From positions 55,311 to 119,310 of the IMG/VR virus record IMGVR_UViG_3300029288_000092: 64,000 nt of DNA; one strand, given 5' to 3'. Every line of letters begins with the position of its first letter. The stretch's first letter is position 1. Below are positions 18,186 to 28,295 of the stretch, in pieces. The notes under the pieces were generated by a model. The model was not told where the DNA came from. It worked only from the letters and a program-made list of their open reading frames with translations, and did not search any database. The DNA is from a virus (Duplodnaviria; Caudoviricetes). The position numbers and the translations under genes are program-made.

Positions 18186-18458
18186 TCACTCTTCTTTAAT
18201 GAGTTTTTTGAGTTTATCCAACCCAATTGCTATATTTTCTTCCGATTTAACAATTTTAGTTTTAAAAACTTTTTCCTGTATTTCGGAAGTTGATAACTTC
18301 TTTTTCAAAAATTCCAATTTACTAACTGCTGCTTCTAACTTTTCTTTTAGATACTTAACTCTTTTACCCTCGGATCCAAATCCCTGGGTAACTATCTCCA
18401 TCATGGTATTTATTAAATTCTGTTTATTATTTTGTTTTTGTTCATAAATGTTAATCAT
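18186..18458 (-). CDS. Hypothetical head-module protein (coiled coil)
   Basis: SD AGGGGTG; operon context. Confidence 0.6.
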   Translation of the reverse strand: MINIYEQKQNNKQNLINTMMEIVTQGFGSEGKRVKYLKEKLEAAVSKLEFLKKKLSTSEIQEKVFKTKIVKSEENIAIGLDKLKKLIKEE

Positions 18459-18511
18459 AAACTACACCCCTATTTTTTCATGGTTGTTTTTTACCAACAT
18501 ATATCAAGATA

Positions 18512-19276
18512 TTAACTTGTTTTCTCCTTGACATTTTTAAGATAATCTTTTGCTTTAGACGCAAATTTCTTTGTTTCTTCTTCTGGTGATTTCCCAGAAA
18601 AGAATCTAAGAATTCTTCTTCCAACTGGAACTAATAATTTGGCACTGACAACTCCAACAACTGCCAAAGACAACCACATCATTGACGTTGATAATAATTC
18701 TCTTGGTATTTCAATTGTAAGAGGAATATTATTTCTAGATTTTATTCCGATTAATGTTGAAAGATCTTTTATCATTCCTTTGAGGTATGGAATAGCTTTT
18801 TTATATTCCCCAGATCTAACAAATTTTTCGAATTCTGATTTATTAGACAATGTAGTATTTTTTATTTCTTTAATAATTTCAAGACTATCTTTTACTAATT
18901 CTTTATCGACTTCCTCTTTCAGCACTGCAGACTCACCCATTGCACTTTTCATGGCCAATTCTCTACTTGCTTGACTGTGCTTTATAGCCATATCTGTTTT
19001 AGAACCCAACATTGCAGTTAAAGCTGCCAATAAAGCCACAGAAACTTTTCCAATATTATTAACAACCAATACACCAAGACCTGAAATAATTGGAGCTATC
19101 ACTGCAGATGATCCTGCGATTTCATTCAAATATTTTTCTACTATATATTTATCTTCCATTTCAAGAATACTTTTAATATTACTTTCATTGAGAATGTTTA
19201 ATGAACTAGATATAGTTTCTATTTTGATACATTCAGAAAAGAAATGTAAATTATTTTTGGTTAATTTCAATTTCAT
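18512..19276 (-). CDS. Putative internal head protein with two hydrophobic segments
   Basis: SD GGGAGGA; N-terminus aligns with ORF at 790; LNE/LKE-type protease sites. Confidence 0.6.
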   Translation of the reverse strand: MKLKLTKNNLHFFSECIKIETISSSLNILNESNIKSILEMEDKYIVEKYLNEIAGSSAVIAPIISGLGVLVVNNIGKVSVALLAALTAMLGSKTDMAIKHSQASRELAMKSAMGESAVLKEEVDKELVKDSLEIIKEIKNTTLSNKSEFEKFVRSGEYKKAIPYLKGMIKDLSTLIGIKSRNNIPLTIEIPRELLSTSMMWLSLAVVGVVSAKLLVPVGRRILRFFSGKSPEEETKKFASKAKDYLKNVKEKTS

Positions 19277-19289
19277 TTTATATCCTCCC

Positions 19290-19946
19290 TTAGCACCATT
19301 TATTCAGAGTTTCAAATAATATTTTTTCAAAGTTTTCGCTTTTAACACCACTGGATAAATTTCCAATTTTTAAGCTTTCCTGAATATTATAAAATTTTTC
19401 CTCTGAAAGATTTCTAAAATGGGCTTCCATATGTGATGGTGTTGAAACAGCATCATATGATACCAAATAATCAATATGATCCACAACAACATGGTCACCA
19501 ACTCTATTTCCTTGACCTATGGCTCTAAGAGAAAATCCCAGCGGAACATCATCTTTAATTATTTTGACAACCTGGTCACCAAGACCAAACAATGTTGATT
19601 CAACAATTCCCCACAATTCGTTATTTTCAAACCAAAATTTAGTGATAACATGTGAGCATCTTTCCCATAATACAGTCGAAAGTCTCAATTCAACTGCTTG
19701 TTCATCACCATAATTTGCAAGCATTGGATGATCTAATTCACCAACAAATCCTCTTGGATTTATAAGAGTCTCCATTTTGAATTTGAGGGCTTCTTCTAAC
19801 GCTCGTTTTGTGTAGATCCTACCGTTTCTATTTTTACCGTCTACTGTTTGAAGAACAGCTTTAAATATTACCTTATTAGGAAGGCGAGTAAGAATAGTTC
19901 TTTTTGTTAGATCGGCTCCTTCCATAACTAAAAATCTATTTGACAT
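19290..19946 (-). CDS. Prohead maturation protease, T4 gp21-like
   Basis: KNRNGRIY, GELDHP, GFSLRAIG, DAVSTPS. Confidence 0.92.
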   Translation of the reverse strand: MSNRFLVMEGADLTKRTILTRLPNKVIFKAVLQTVDGKNRNGRIYTKRALEEALKFKMETLINPRGFVGELDHPMLANYGDEQAVELRLSTVLWERCSHVITKFWFENNELWGIVESTLFGLGDQVVKIIKDDVPLGFSLRAIGQGNRVGDHVVVDHIDYLVSYDAVSTPSHMEAHFRNLSEEKFYNIQESLKIGNLSSGVKSENFEKILFETLNKWC

Positions 19947-20352
19947 TTCTATTTCCTCCCATTATGTTTAATTTATTTTTATTTTTATCTTCATGAGTTT
20001 CTTCAGTTGATTTTTTCTCTTCTTCTTCTTTTTCTTTTTTCTCTTCTTCATTAATATATTTAACCATATGTTCATCCATCTTCCAGACCAATTTTAAAAT
20101 AACACCCAATATTCTTTTTAATATAACTATATCTGGAATTTTATCTTTCAATTCATCAACAATTTCATACATTACAGTTATCTTATTATTTATTAAATCA
20201 TTTATTGGGCAATTAGGATAATATCTTCTAAATCTTTGAAATGTTCTATCAAAATTAAAAACTATATTTACAATCTGTTTAGATGCCCACTTAGTTTCCA
20301 ATGATTCATTGAGAAAATTAGAATGTTGGAGTTTCTTCTTCTTCATTTGCAT
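19936..20352 (-). CDS. Hypothetical head-module protein
   Basis: Fills the gap between portal and protease, overlapping both. Confidence 0.55.
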   Translation of the reverse strand: MQMKKKKLQHSNFLNESLETKWASKQIVNIVFNFDRTFQRFRRYYPNCPINDLINNKITVMYEIVDELKDKIPDIVILKRILGVILKLVWKMDEHMVKYINEEEKKEKEEEEKKSTEETHEDKNKNKLNIMGGNRNVK

Positions 20353-22222
20353 TTGAATCCAATTCCCCCTCTATATCTTTTTCTGTCTTATTGAGTAAAT
20401 CACTATCAATATATTTATTGATGAATTTTTCTTCTGATAAATCTAGACCCTTAATGACTTCTTTAAATTCCTTAAGAGCACCAAAATATTCACTTTCTCT
20501 TGTTAATTCAACACTCCGTGGCCTTGGAAATAAAACATCAACAAAATAACATTCTTCACCATACACCATTTTATATATGGCCCTAACTAAGCGATTAAGA
20601 GTTATTTCAAAACACTTCTGATAACTGATTATTGTTTTTGCAAAAATTATATTTTCATGCGACAATGTTGCTCTACTTTCTATATTTTCTTCAACGCTTA
20701 AATATGGGGGAGGAACATCCAATCCAGCAATAAATGAATCTCTCATTGCTTTATAGTCATCTATCTTCGCATCTAATCCAGCAGGAGGAGTTACAGTATC
20801 AAACTCCACAAATCTTTTTCCATCTTTCATAGGAATAAATATATCCTCGAAAGTTGTAATCATGGAAGGAACCGTATCCACACCACCAGTATCTCCAAGA
20901 GAGAATTTTCTTCTCGAATATAATTCTCTCCAACGTTCAATTATATTTCTAACATTTTTTTCTGCGCCCATTTCAAGTGCAATTAATCTTTTTTCTGTTG
21001 ACCTAGTTAGACGCATAAGTGCCATCAGTGTTTTAAAAAGAACAACCATCTTAGCATCAAATTCCAAAAATGCAAATATTGATTCCCCAAATGGATCATA
21101 TTCATCAGAATCTATTTTAAAATGAAACATCATATCCGGAGGAACAAATCTCATTTCAGCAACATTATTTCCCATTCTTGCACTCGTGTTATCATTATAA
21201 AATAAATACATTCTGGTTAACATTATTTTAAGATCCCTATTGTTATCTATCTCTTCCACTATTTTTGCATTATGTGCCAGATGACCTTTTATTTTTCTTA
21301 AAAATTCTTTCATGTGATCATTATTTGCTATTTTATATAAAATATTATTTTCAATTTTTGGAGCATTTAATAAATCTTTTGGAAAAATAATATACCCAAA
21401 ACAAACCTCATCACCTATCCTAACAACCAAACCAGGATTATGTTTTACGAGTAAAATATTTTCCAGACTGGTATTATTAGTCCCAGCTTCTTTGTCTTCT
21501 TTGTCTTCTTGATCTTCAGCTTTATCAACTATCGTTTGTGCTATTTCCTCATTCTCAATTAATCTTCTTAATGATATTTTATCAAATGGAGAAGATTTAA
21601 CTTTAAATTTAATATTCAATGTTTTTTTAACATCTTCTTCAAGATTGAGAGATTCTGTCAGCACACCTTTCTCCCTCAATTCTTTATTCATATCTAATAA
21701 CTCTATAAAACTATCACCATATTTGCATGTAGTTTTAGTAGTTTTTTTCATTTCACCTTTGAAATCCAATGTTTCTAGAATTTCCAAAATATTTCTTTTT
21801 ATCTCATTTTCTTTTTCTTTTGTGACTATATCCATATTCTTTCTAATATTAAATGCAGTGTCAGTAATACTATCTGGTGCCAATATTTCTGAAGATATTA
21901 CATTCAATGCTTTTTTTGCATATGGTATTTTTCTAACCATGGCATCATATTCTTTATATCTACCAACTCTTTCAGCTATTGAAAATTTAAATGATTCACT
22001 ATGTGAACCACTGAACATTTTACCAACCAAATCAGTCATTTCAGAATTATTTAAATTGTTCCCTTTATCGTTTACTAATTTACCAATAACTTGTAAAAAG
22101 GAGTCAGTCCTTCCTAACTGCTTATCTTTTATAAAATCATTTATAACAACATCAGTTTTTAGACCGGTTGGATCTGTTTCCCCGCCTAATAGTTTCTGCA
22201 GCATTACATCAAAATAATTCAT
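20318..22222 (-). CDS. Portal protein, T4 gp20-like
   Basis: RYKEYDAM, KYGDSF, RLTRSTEKR (cf. RLSRAPERR), EDIFIP, LDVPPPYL. Confidence 0.88.
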   Translation of the reverse strand: MNYFDVMLQKLLGGETDPTGLKTDVVINDFIKDKQLGRTDSFLQVIGKLVNDKGNNLNNSEMTDLVGKMFSGSHSESFKFSIAERVGRYKEYDAMVRKIPYAKKALNVISSEILAPDSITDTAFNIRKNMDIVTKEKENEIKRNILEILETLDFKGEMKKTTKTTCKYGDSFIELLDMNKELREKGVLTESLNLEEDVKKTLNIKFKVKSSPFDKISLRRLIENEEIAQTIVDKAEDQEDKEDKEAGTNNTSLENILLVKHNPGLVVRIGDEVCFGYIIFPKDLLNAPKIENNILYKIANNDHMKEFLRKIKGHLAHNAKIVEEIDNNRDLKIMLTRMYLFYNDNTSARMGNNVAEMRFVPPDMMFHFKIDSDEYDPFGESIFAFLEFDAKMVVLFKTLMALMRLTRSTEKRLIALEMGAEKNVRNIIERWRELYSRRKFSLGDTGGVDTVPSMITTFEDIFIPMKDGKRFVEFDTVTPPAGLDAKIDDYKAMRDSFIAGLDVPPPYLSVEENIESRATLSHENIIFAKTIISYQKCFEITLNRLVRAIYKMVYGEECYFVDVLFPRPRSVELTRESEYFGALKEFKEVIKGLDLSEEKFINKYIDSDLLNKTEKDIEGELDSNANEEEETPTF

Positions 22223-22225
22223 TCA

Positions 22226-22648
22226 TCATTCTCCTTTTTCCATGAAATTTGAATATAATACCTCTGATGCTTTTATTAATTTATCATCGATAATATAATT
22301 GTGAAAAACAAGTGTCAAGTATAATTTCAAATTTCTCTCTCCACCATAGGACTTACATGCTAATGAATATATTATATCTCCACACATAATTTTAAAGAAA
22401 TCCCTAAAAGATGTAGAGTACAATATAAAATCTTCCTGTGATAATCTAGTGTTATTATTTATATATACTGCTAAATCTCGTATCCTAAAAATATCATAAC
22501 ACTGTTTTGCTTTATATATTATTATATCATTTATTTTCATATAATTTTCAGTACACTTAATTCTTAAATCCATTGTACTTTTCATGGAATGAAAAACTGT
22601 CAAATTAATGATGATAATAAATAAAAAAAAGATTATAGTCCAAATCAT
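22226..22648 (-). CDS. Hypothetical protein with N-terminal TM/signal segment
   Basis: MIWTIIFFLFIIIINL. Confidence 0.6.
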   Translation of the reverse strand: MIWTIIFFLFIIIINLTVFHSMKSTMDLRIKCTENYMKINDIIIYKAKQCYDIFRIRDLAVYINNNTRLSQEDFILYSTSFRDFFKIMCGDIIYSLACKSYGGERNLKLYLTLVFHNYIIDDKLIKASEVLYSNFMEKGE

Positions 22649-22649
22649 A

Positions 22650-22952
22650 TTAATTGACCTCTATATTATTATCTTCAGATATGGTCTCATTCTCTTCTAT
22701 TGAAATTCTAACACCTTCAAGAGATTTGATTTTTTCATCCATATCAATATTATTTTCTTCAGCACCATGTCCAATTACAAAATTTATACTAGAACCTCGA
22801 ATTATTGCAAATTCTGATTCATTTTCTACACATAAAACAAGTGAATTTGACATAGCTTTTTGTATAAGATCTTTTGCTTCTGCCTTATCCTTGTCTTCAG
22901 TGGTAATTATAATTGGTTTTGAAACATCAGACATAAAAAATGTCAATTTCAT
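22650..22952 (-). CDS. Hypothetical protein
   Basis: SD GGAGGG. Confidence 0.65.
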   Translation of the reverse strand: MKLTFFMSDVSKPIIITTEDKDKAEAKDLIQKAMSNSLVLCVENESEFAIIRGSSINFVIGHGAEENNIDMDEKIKSLEGVRISIEENETISEDNNIEVN

Positions 22953-22983
22953 AATATTTTAGCCCTCCGGATTAACGTGTTTG

Positions 22984-23014
22984 AAATGGGGAGGATTAAA
23001 TTCCTCCCCATTTT
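22984..23014 (-). terminator. Intrinsic terminator / hairpin
   Basis: AAATGGGGAGGA...TTCCTCCCCATTT. Confidence 0.7.
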
Positions 23015-23025
23015 ATTATAGAAAG

Positions 23026-23334
23026 TTATTCTTTCTTATCGTCTTTATCTTTTTTGTCTTCTTTCTTCTTATGGAAAGGTTGTTCCTCTTTTGATTCTCT
23101 CCTGATATCCTTGAGAGGCTTATCAGTTTTTTCAACTTTCACAACTTCTTTCTTTCCATCATCAAGCGGTGTGACAGTATACTGATTTTCCAATATACCA
23201 ACAGCTTTCAATCTAACTTTAAATTCCTGTAATTCTTTTTCATTGAGCATGACTAAACGAAGAGGAGTTCTGAACATTCCTCTCTTCCACTCAATCATCT
23301 TACCAGGAAGTTTAACATAAACCAAATATCTCAT
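23026..23334 (-). CDS. Hypothetical protein with charged tail
   Basis: SD GGAGGT. Confidence 0.7.
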   Translation of the reverse strand: MRYLVYVKLPGKMIEWKRGMFRTPLRLVMLNEKELQEFKVRLKAVGILENQYTVTPLDDGKKEVVKVEKTDKPLKDIRRESKEEQPFHKKKEDKKDKDDKKE

Positions 23335-23351
23335 TGCATATACCTCCGAAT

Positions 23352-24629
23352 TTATTTCTTCTTTTTATTTTCCCCAAACCTCAGCCATTCTTCAAATTCC
23401 TCATAATCTTCCTCATCCTGAAGACTTTTAAAATTTGTTTTGCCTTCTTCTAATTTTTTTCCTTCTTTGCCTTCATCCTGTTTGTCCAATCCATTGTCTT
23501 CGTCTTCTTGGACTTCATCAGTTTCGGTTTCTGAAAAATCTTCACCAAGAACATCGCTGCCTTCTTCTTCTTCCAAAAAGCTAAGATCTTCCTTGAAAAT
23601 ATCAAGTTCGCTATATTCATCACCAAGATTTACTTTCTTTGGCTTAGGTTTGCTTGGCTCCATCACATCGATTTCAGTGGAGATAGAATCGTCCATGCCT
23701 TCTGTTTTGGCTTGCTCAATGAGATCATCCAGATAAGTGTCGGCCATTTCGAGATCTTCCTGTATGACCGAACTCTTCATGATCTTCCTCATCTCTGATT
23801 CCAGCTGCTGGAATTCTTTAATAAGATGTGCACTTTCCTGCTCAATTTCCTCTTCTTCTTCGGTTTCTTCTTCCATGGGGACTTCAATTTCTTCCTCATC
23901 TTCGGCTTCGGATTCAACTGAATCTTCCTCACTGAACTCTATATCATAAACTTCTTCTGCGGGATCAGCAGCAAATTCTTCATCTGAGGCAACTTCAACA
24001 TCACCCATTTCATCATCAACCATAATCTGATCTGGCTCTTCTACACCATCCTGTTGTTCCATAGCTCTTACTGGAGCAAGAGGAGCAACATTCTGCTCTT
24101 CAAGTTTACCAACTTCAACTGGACCTTCTTTTGGGACCACATTGGATTTGTTTTCCAAACCTTTTTCAGCATCAATCTGTTTTGGTTCTTCAACAGCATC
24201 TTCCGATTCAGTTAAATTTTTTGATTTTTTAGGATCAATCTTTTTCTTCATTGCTTCGGTCTTTGGAAGTTCTTCTTCTTTCTTCTCTTCCTCATCCTTG
24301 GCTTCAGGAGAAACCTCTTCACCTTCAGGAGCTTCTTCTGGCAATTCTTCTACTGCAACTTCACCTTCTGCCGGTTGCTCTTCACCAGGAAGTTCTTCCG
24401 ATGGCTCTTCTGATGGCATTTCTTCAGCTGGAAATTCTTCTGAACCAGCTGGCGGAACTTCTTCACTTTTCAAATCTTCGATTGATTTTAGAAATTCCTC
24501 ACGTTTAGCAGTCTCTTCGGCTTCGATCTCAGCCGTAGTTTTGAGATTAGAAGCAACATCATTATCTTCAGAATATATTTTCTTTAGAACTTCTGCCGCT
24601 TCAATTAAATGTTCTGACCTAGTTTTCAT
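23352..24629 (-). CDS. Extremely acidic low-complexity protein, probable prohead scaffold/core protein
   Basis: E/D-rich throughout; many xxE sites; heads the head operon; SD AGGAGGA. Confidence 0.55.
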   Translation of the reverse strand: MKTRSEHLIEAAEVLKKIYSEDNDVASNLKTTAEIEAEETAKREEFLKSIEDLKSEEVPPAGSEEFPAEEMPSEEPSEELPGEEQPAEGEVAVEELPEEAPEGEEVSPEAKDEEEKKEEELPKTEAMKKKIDPKKSKNLTESEDAVEEPKQIDAEKGLENKSNVVPKEGPVEVGKLEEQNVAPLAPVRAMEQQDGVEEPDQIMVDDEMGDVEVASDEEFAADPAEEVYDIEFSEEDSVESEAEDEEEIEVPMEEETEEEEEIEQESAHLIKEFQQLESEMRKIMKSSVIQEDLEMADTYLDDLIEQAKTEGMDDSISTEIDVMEPSKPKPKKVNLGDEYSELDIFKEDLSFLEEEEGSDVLGEDFSETETDEVQEDEDNGLDKQDEGKEGKKLEEGKTNFKSLQDEEDYEEFEEWLRFGENKKKK

Positions 24630-24720
24630 AATTATTCATCCTCCTAGTACTAGATTCGACTGATAATTTTTTAGTGTTTTTATCAAAACACATCGTTTTT
24701 ATTTTGTTCAAACCTTTTAA

Positions 24721-27348
24721 CTAAAAAGTTTCCATTTTAGATTCAATCTGAAGAATTGGTTCTAAAATTCTATTAACTATATCTTTCCAGCTGACATCCA
24801 ATATTCTTTTCGAATCAATGACAAATATATCCGGAATTGCGTCATAATGTTGTGGAATGACTATACAATTTATTGTCTTAAATTTATTTGTCTTTATAAA
24901 ATTTGAATATTTTTTACTTTGTTTATTATCCATAGTGGTTGGGTCTATTCCTTTTATTGGAAATAAATATCCTTTAGTTCCGGGATTGAAGTCAACATCC
25001 AATAACTCATTCCATATCAGCATTCCTTTTATGTGCTGTGGAAGATTTTTATAATTTTCCAAATCTTTATTAAAATTAACTGGTTTACCAATATTAAGAT
25101 TTTTTTCTTTTATTAGATTCACAATTTTTAATTCTACACCATTCACATATTTTAAAATATTTTGGACATCTATTTTCCCATTTTCGCTTTTTAGAATCAA
25201 TTCCATCAATTCTGCAATTCTGTCCCTAGAAAATTTAGGAACATCCGATCTCTTTGTTTCTAGACCAGAAAATTTTATTTCATCTCGTGGTAATCCATTT
25301 TCATTTATCATCCACAGAGCATATCTTTTCTTGGTTACCATATACAAAGTCTTAGCAATCCATTCTTGTTTAACATCTAAAAAACAATTCTTAGAATCTA
25401 ACCCATGAAATGGAATATATTTATCTATTATAAATTGTTTATTAACTAAACCTGAAATATAGGGAGCCCATATCTCAAGAATATCTTTAACATAATCTTG
25501 ACTTTTACTTTTTTTCAATAATTCAGATAATTCAATAAAAATTGAATCCGTGTCTGTATAAATAACATTGGAAATATTTGTATCCTTTAAATAAAATTCA
25601 TTTGAAAATTTATTTAGAATATGATCAAAATCTATTTCTTCAATTTTTTCTTCTTTTCTTAAAGAATAATCTACCACCATTCCTGTCATCTTGATTAATT
25701 CCTGGCCTGTAGAAGTAATAGCAGATCCTAGAATTGGATTAAAATATCTATAATTTTCATTTGTTAGTGCACCATACATTGCATTTGCCAAAATCTTAAC
25801 GGCCCACTGCGCAATAAAATTATTATTGGCTTCCAAATCCTTATTTTCTTTTGTAAATTTCTTCCAGTTAGATTTATACACTGATCTTAAATTATTCAGA
25901 TCGGTCAAAATCGTATTATATAAAGATATTCCTTTTTCATGTTTTGAAAATATAGCACCATTAATTGTGAGATAATTTCCTTCTATTATCTTCTTAAATT
26001 GGTCTGATGATATTTTAATCATATGTTCTTTATCAGTATATGGGTAGCACCTTAATATAATTTTATCATCTGGCAATTTATTTTTATATAAATAATCATA
26101 GGAAATTTTTTCATCCACACTAGCCAATATAGTTTCAACGCCCATATTATATGTTCTGATGATAGATGGATACAAAGAACTATAATCCAAATCAATAACC
26201 CACTCATATAATCCACCAACTGGAGTTTTGACATACGCTCCACGAATTGGTTCCAATGCTTTACTTTTTCTATTGGTGATGATTGCTAAATCATTTTTTC
26301 TAGCAAACTTAACTAATAATCCATCAATCAAACCAATTGTTGATAACGATTTCTTCCAATCCACACCACAAAATGATCTCAGTTTATTCTGCAATTCAAT
26401 ATGCTTTACTTTTTTATTGATTTTGCAAATAAGAGCCACATCTTGTTTATTATATTCTATCATTTTATTTGGATCTCTTTTGAATAAAGTTCTAATATCT
26501 CCTTCATATGTGTGTTTTCCTTCACCCAATTCATGCTGTGCAACCATATCCAATTTATTGGATGATAATTCTCCCATCGAAAATCCTTTATATAATTCCA
26601 ACATATCAAGGATAACAAACCCACTATAAAAAATATCTTTATATTTATGATTCACTCTGACACAATTCAATAAGGATAATTTTCTAACATCCATTCCAAT
26701 CTTAAAAATTCTTCCGGCAATATATCCATAATCAAAGAAAGCAAACCACGATGTTAAAATATCAACATTTGTTTTTTTAAGATCCATACAAAAATACATC
26801 AGCATTTCTTGTTCAGTATCAAAGAAAAATGTATTTGTATTTTCCCATCTGTCATACAATATTCCGTTTGATTTTAGAGCAAGAGTTTTTATGCTGTCCT
26901 CATCAATCCCATATGATATCATACAAATTGGAGCAAACGCATCTTCATTGTTTGGAATTCTATTATGATTAGTTAAATCAAGCTCAATATCTAAAAATAA
27001 TATTTTTGGACTGAAATTATTTTCTGGATATGACAAATAAAAATCAACAGTATGCCTATTTTCAATACTAAAATCTCTTTCAAACGTAGTATTATTTTTA
27101 TCGTATTTTTTCATTTCTCTATAATTACCACGAATTATATTGCAATCTTTTATTTTGGCAATTGGTTCCTTTGTATCACAGGAATAAAAATAATAGTTAT
27201 CTTTATTTTTATATCTATAAATTATTTTTTTATCTTCCTTGGTTCTAAAAATATAATATAAATGGTCATCAACATATTGAATATCAATCAATCCGGGATT
27301 GTCAAACTTAACCATCAATTCTCTTATTTCATCAGTTAAAAACGACAC
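24721..27348 (-). CDS. Family B DNA polymerase (T4 gp43-like)
   Basis: ExoI FLDIE, ExoIII YNKQDV, DLDYSSLYPS, KILANAMYG, YTDTDS, KKRY. Confidence 0.97.
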   Translation of the reverse strand: MSFLTDEIRELMVKFDNPGLIDIQYVDDHLYYIFRTKEDKKIIYRYKNKDNYYFYSCDTKEPIAKIKDCNIIRGNYREMKKYDKNNTTFERDFSIENRHTVDFYLSYPENNFSPKILFLDIELDLTNHNRIPNNEDAFAPICMISYGIDEDSIKTLALKSNGILYDRWENTNTFFFDTEQEMLMYFCMDLKKTNVDILTSWFAFFDYGYIAGRIFKIGMDVRKLSLLNCVRVNHKYKDIFYSGFVILDMLELYKGFSMGELSSNKLDMVAQHELGEGKHTYEGDIRTLFKRDPNKMIEYNKQDVALICKINKKVKHIELQNKLRSFCGVDWKKSLSTIGLIDGLLVKFARKNDLAIITNRKSKALEPIRGAYVKTPVGGLYEWVIDLDYSSLYPSIIRTYNMGVETILASVDEKISYDYLYKNKLPDDKIILRCYPYTDKEHMIKISSDQFKKIIEGNYLTINGAIFSKHEKGISLYNTILTDLNNLRSVYKSNWKKFTKENKDLEANNNFIAQWAVKILANAMYGALTNENYRYFNPILGSAITSTGQELIKMTGMVVDYSLRKEEKIEEIDFDHILNKFSNEFYLKDTNISNVIYTDTDSIFIELSELLKKSKSQDYVKDILEIWAPYISGLVNKQFIIDKYIPFHGLDSKNCFLDVKQEWIAKTLYMVTKKRYALWMINENGLPRDEIKFSGLETKRSDVPKFSRDRIAELMELILKSENGKIDVQNILKYVNGVELKIVNLIKEKNLNIGKPVNFNKDLENYKNLPQHIKGMLIWNELLDVDFNPGTKGYLFPIKGIDPTTMDNKQSKKYSNFIKTNKFKTINCIVIPQHYDAIPDIFVIDSKRILDVSWKDIVNRILEPILQIESKMETF

Positions 27349-28014
27349 TCATTCCCCCATTCTTTCTTTCCAAATTTTAAAACTCTCCATGGATTTTGTA
27401 TGAAATAGTATATCCCCATTGGATAAAAATATATCGTCAGCAACTAAAGTTATTCTCCCAAATCTTTTTTTCATTTCAAATTTGAATTTGTTCTTTGATT
27501 GTTGATAACATGCACCAATCAATTCTGTACATGCTAATCTTGAATCGTCTGTAAATTTGAAATCAAAATCATATGGTGTTCCAAGATATTCATATGCTTT
27601 TTTGGCTGCCATCATTCTGTCTTCTATTGATAAATTTGGTCTAAAAACAACAAAATGATCAGTCCTAAAAAAGTTTATAGCATTCTCTTTTATTACGCCC
27701 TCTGACAACGCATGAATAACTTGATGTTTTCCATCATCTTTACCAACGTATAATCCAGCGTGATTTAATTCACCCGGAATGAATCTGGCATCTAAGTATG
27801 AATCATATTTTCTAAGAAATACATCTCCAGGCTGAAAAAAATCATTCATTAATAATTCTACACAATTATATAATTCATCCCCTGAAAATGAAAATGTTGG
27901 GGGATTTATTCCAAAAACAAATCTGAATCCTTTTTCTTTTGTAATACTAAAATGAAATGTAGTGTCTCCAATAAGGGTGAATAAATATCTTTGAATATTG
28001 TATCGTATATTCAT
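27349..28014 (-). CDS. Permuted papain-like amidase (YaeF/YiiX, NlpC/P60 C92 family)
   Basis: PGDVFL, HAGLYVG, VIHA, YLGTPYDFDF, CTELI. Confidence 0.85.
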   Translation of the reverse strand: MNIRYNIQRYLFTLIGDTTFHFSITKEKGFRFVFGINPPTFSFSGDELYNCVELLMNDFFQPGDVFLRKYDSYLDARFIPGELNHAGLYVGKDDGKHQVIHALSEGVIKENAINFFRTDHFVVFRPNLSIEDRMMAAKKAYEYLGTPYDFDFKFTDDSRLACTELIGACYQQSKNKFKFEMKKRFGRITLVADDIFLSNGDILFHTKSMESFKIWKERMGE

Positions 28015-28286
28015 TTGTTTCCTCCATTAGTGTTTTTTAAACTTTCTGCCATAGCGTCCAATACTGAAATATGCCATAACTTTTCAACCCAATAAATAAT
28101 TAAAAAAACAATAAATGTTGTTTTAAAATACATTAGGAAATTTACAGGCATCCCACCGACAATATTTCCCAACATAATAATTATTAATTCTTTATTTACT
28201 AACCACGTTATCCCCGTCAGCATAAATGAGAATATGGAACATATAATAAAACCAAACACGGTCAAGTATAAAATAGAAAAAAACAT
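28011..28286 (-). CDS. Small multi-TM membrane protein (holin-like candidate)
   Basis: 91 aa, mostly hydrophobic with short charged C-tail. Confidence 0.55.
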   Translation of the reverse strand: MFFSILYLTVFGFIICSIFSFMLTGITWLVNKELIIIMLGNIVGGMPVNFLMYFKTTFIVFLIIYWVEKLWHISVLDAMAESLKNTNGGNK

Positions 28287-28295
28287 TAACCCCCC

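Noticed and set aside
4615-24629. Nucleus-forming phiKZ-like phage
   Set aside because: Head genes are T4-type, beta is unsplit, and no chimallin or tubulin is recognisable in this window; it cannot be excluded for the rest of the genome.
23440-24663. Ser-rich plus-strand ORFs (23440, 23737, 24142) and many other antisense ORFs in the track
   Set aside because: Shadow frames of Glu/Lys-rich minus-strand genes (GAA reads TTC/TCT on the other strand); no SD or operon logic.
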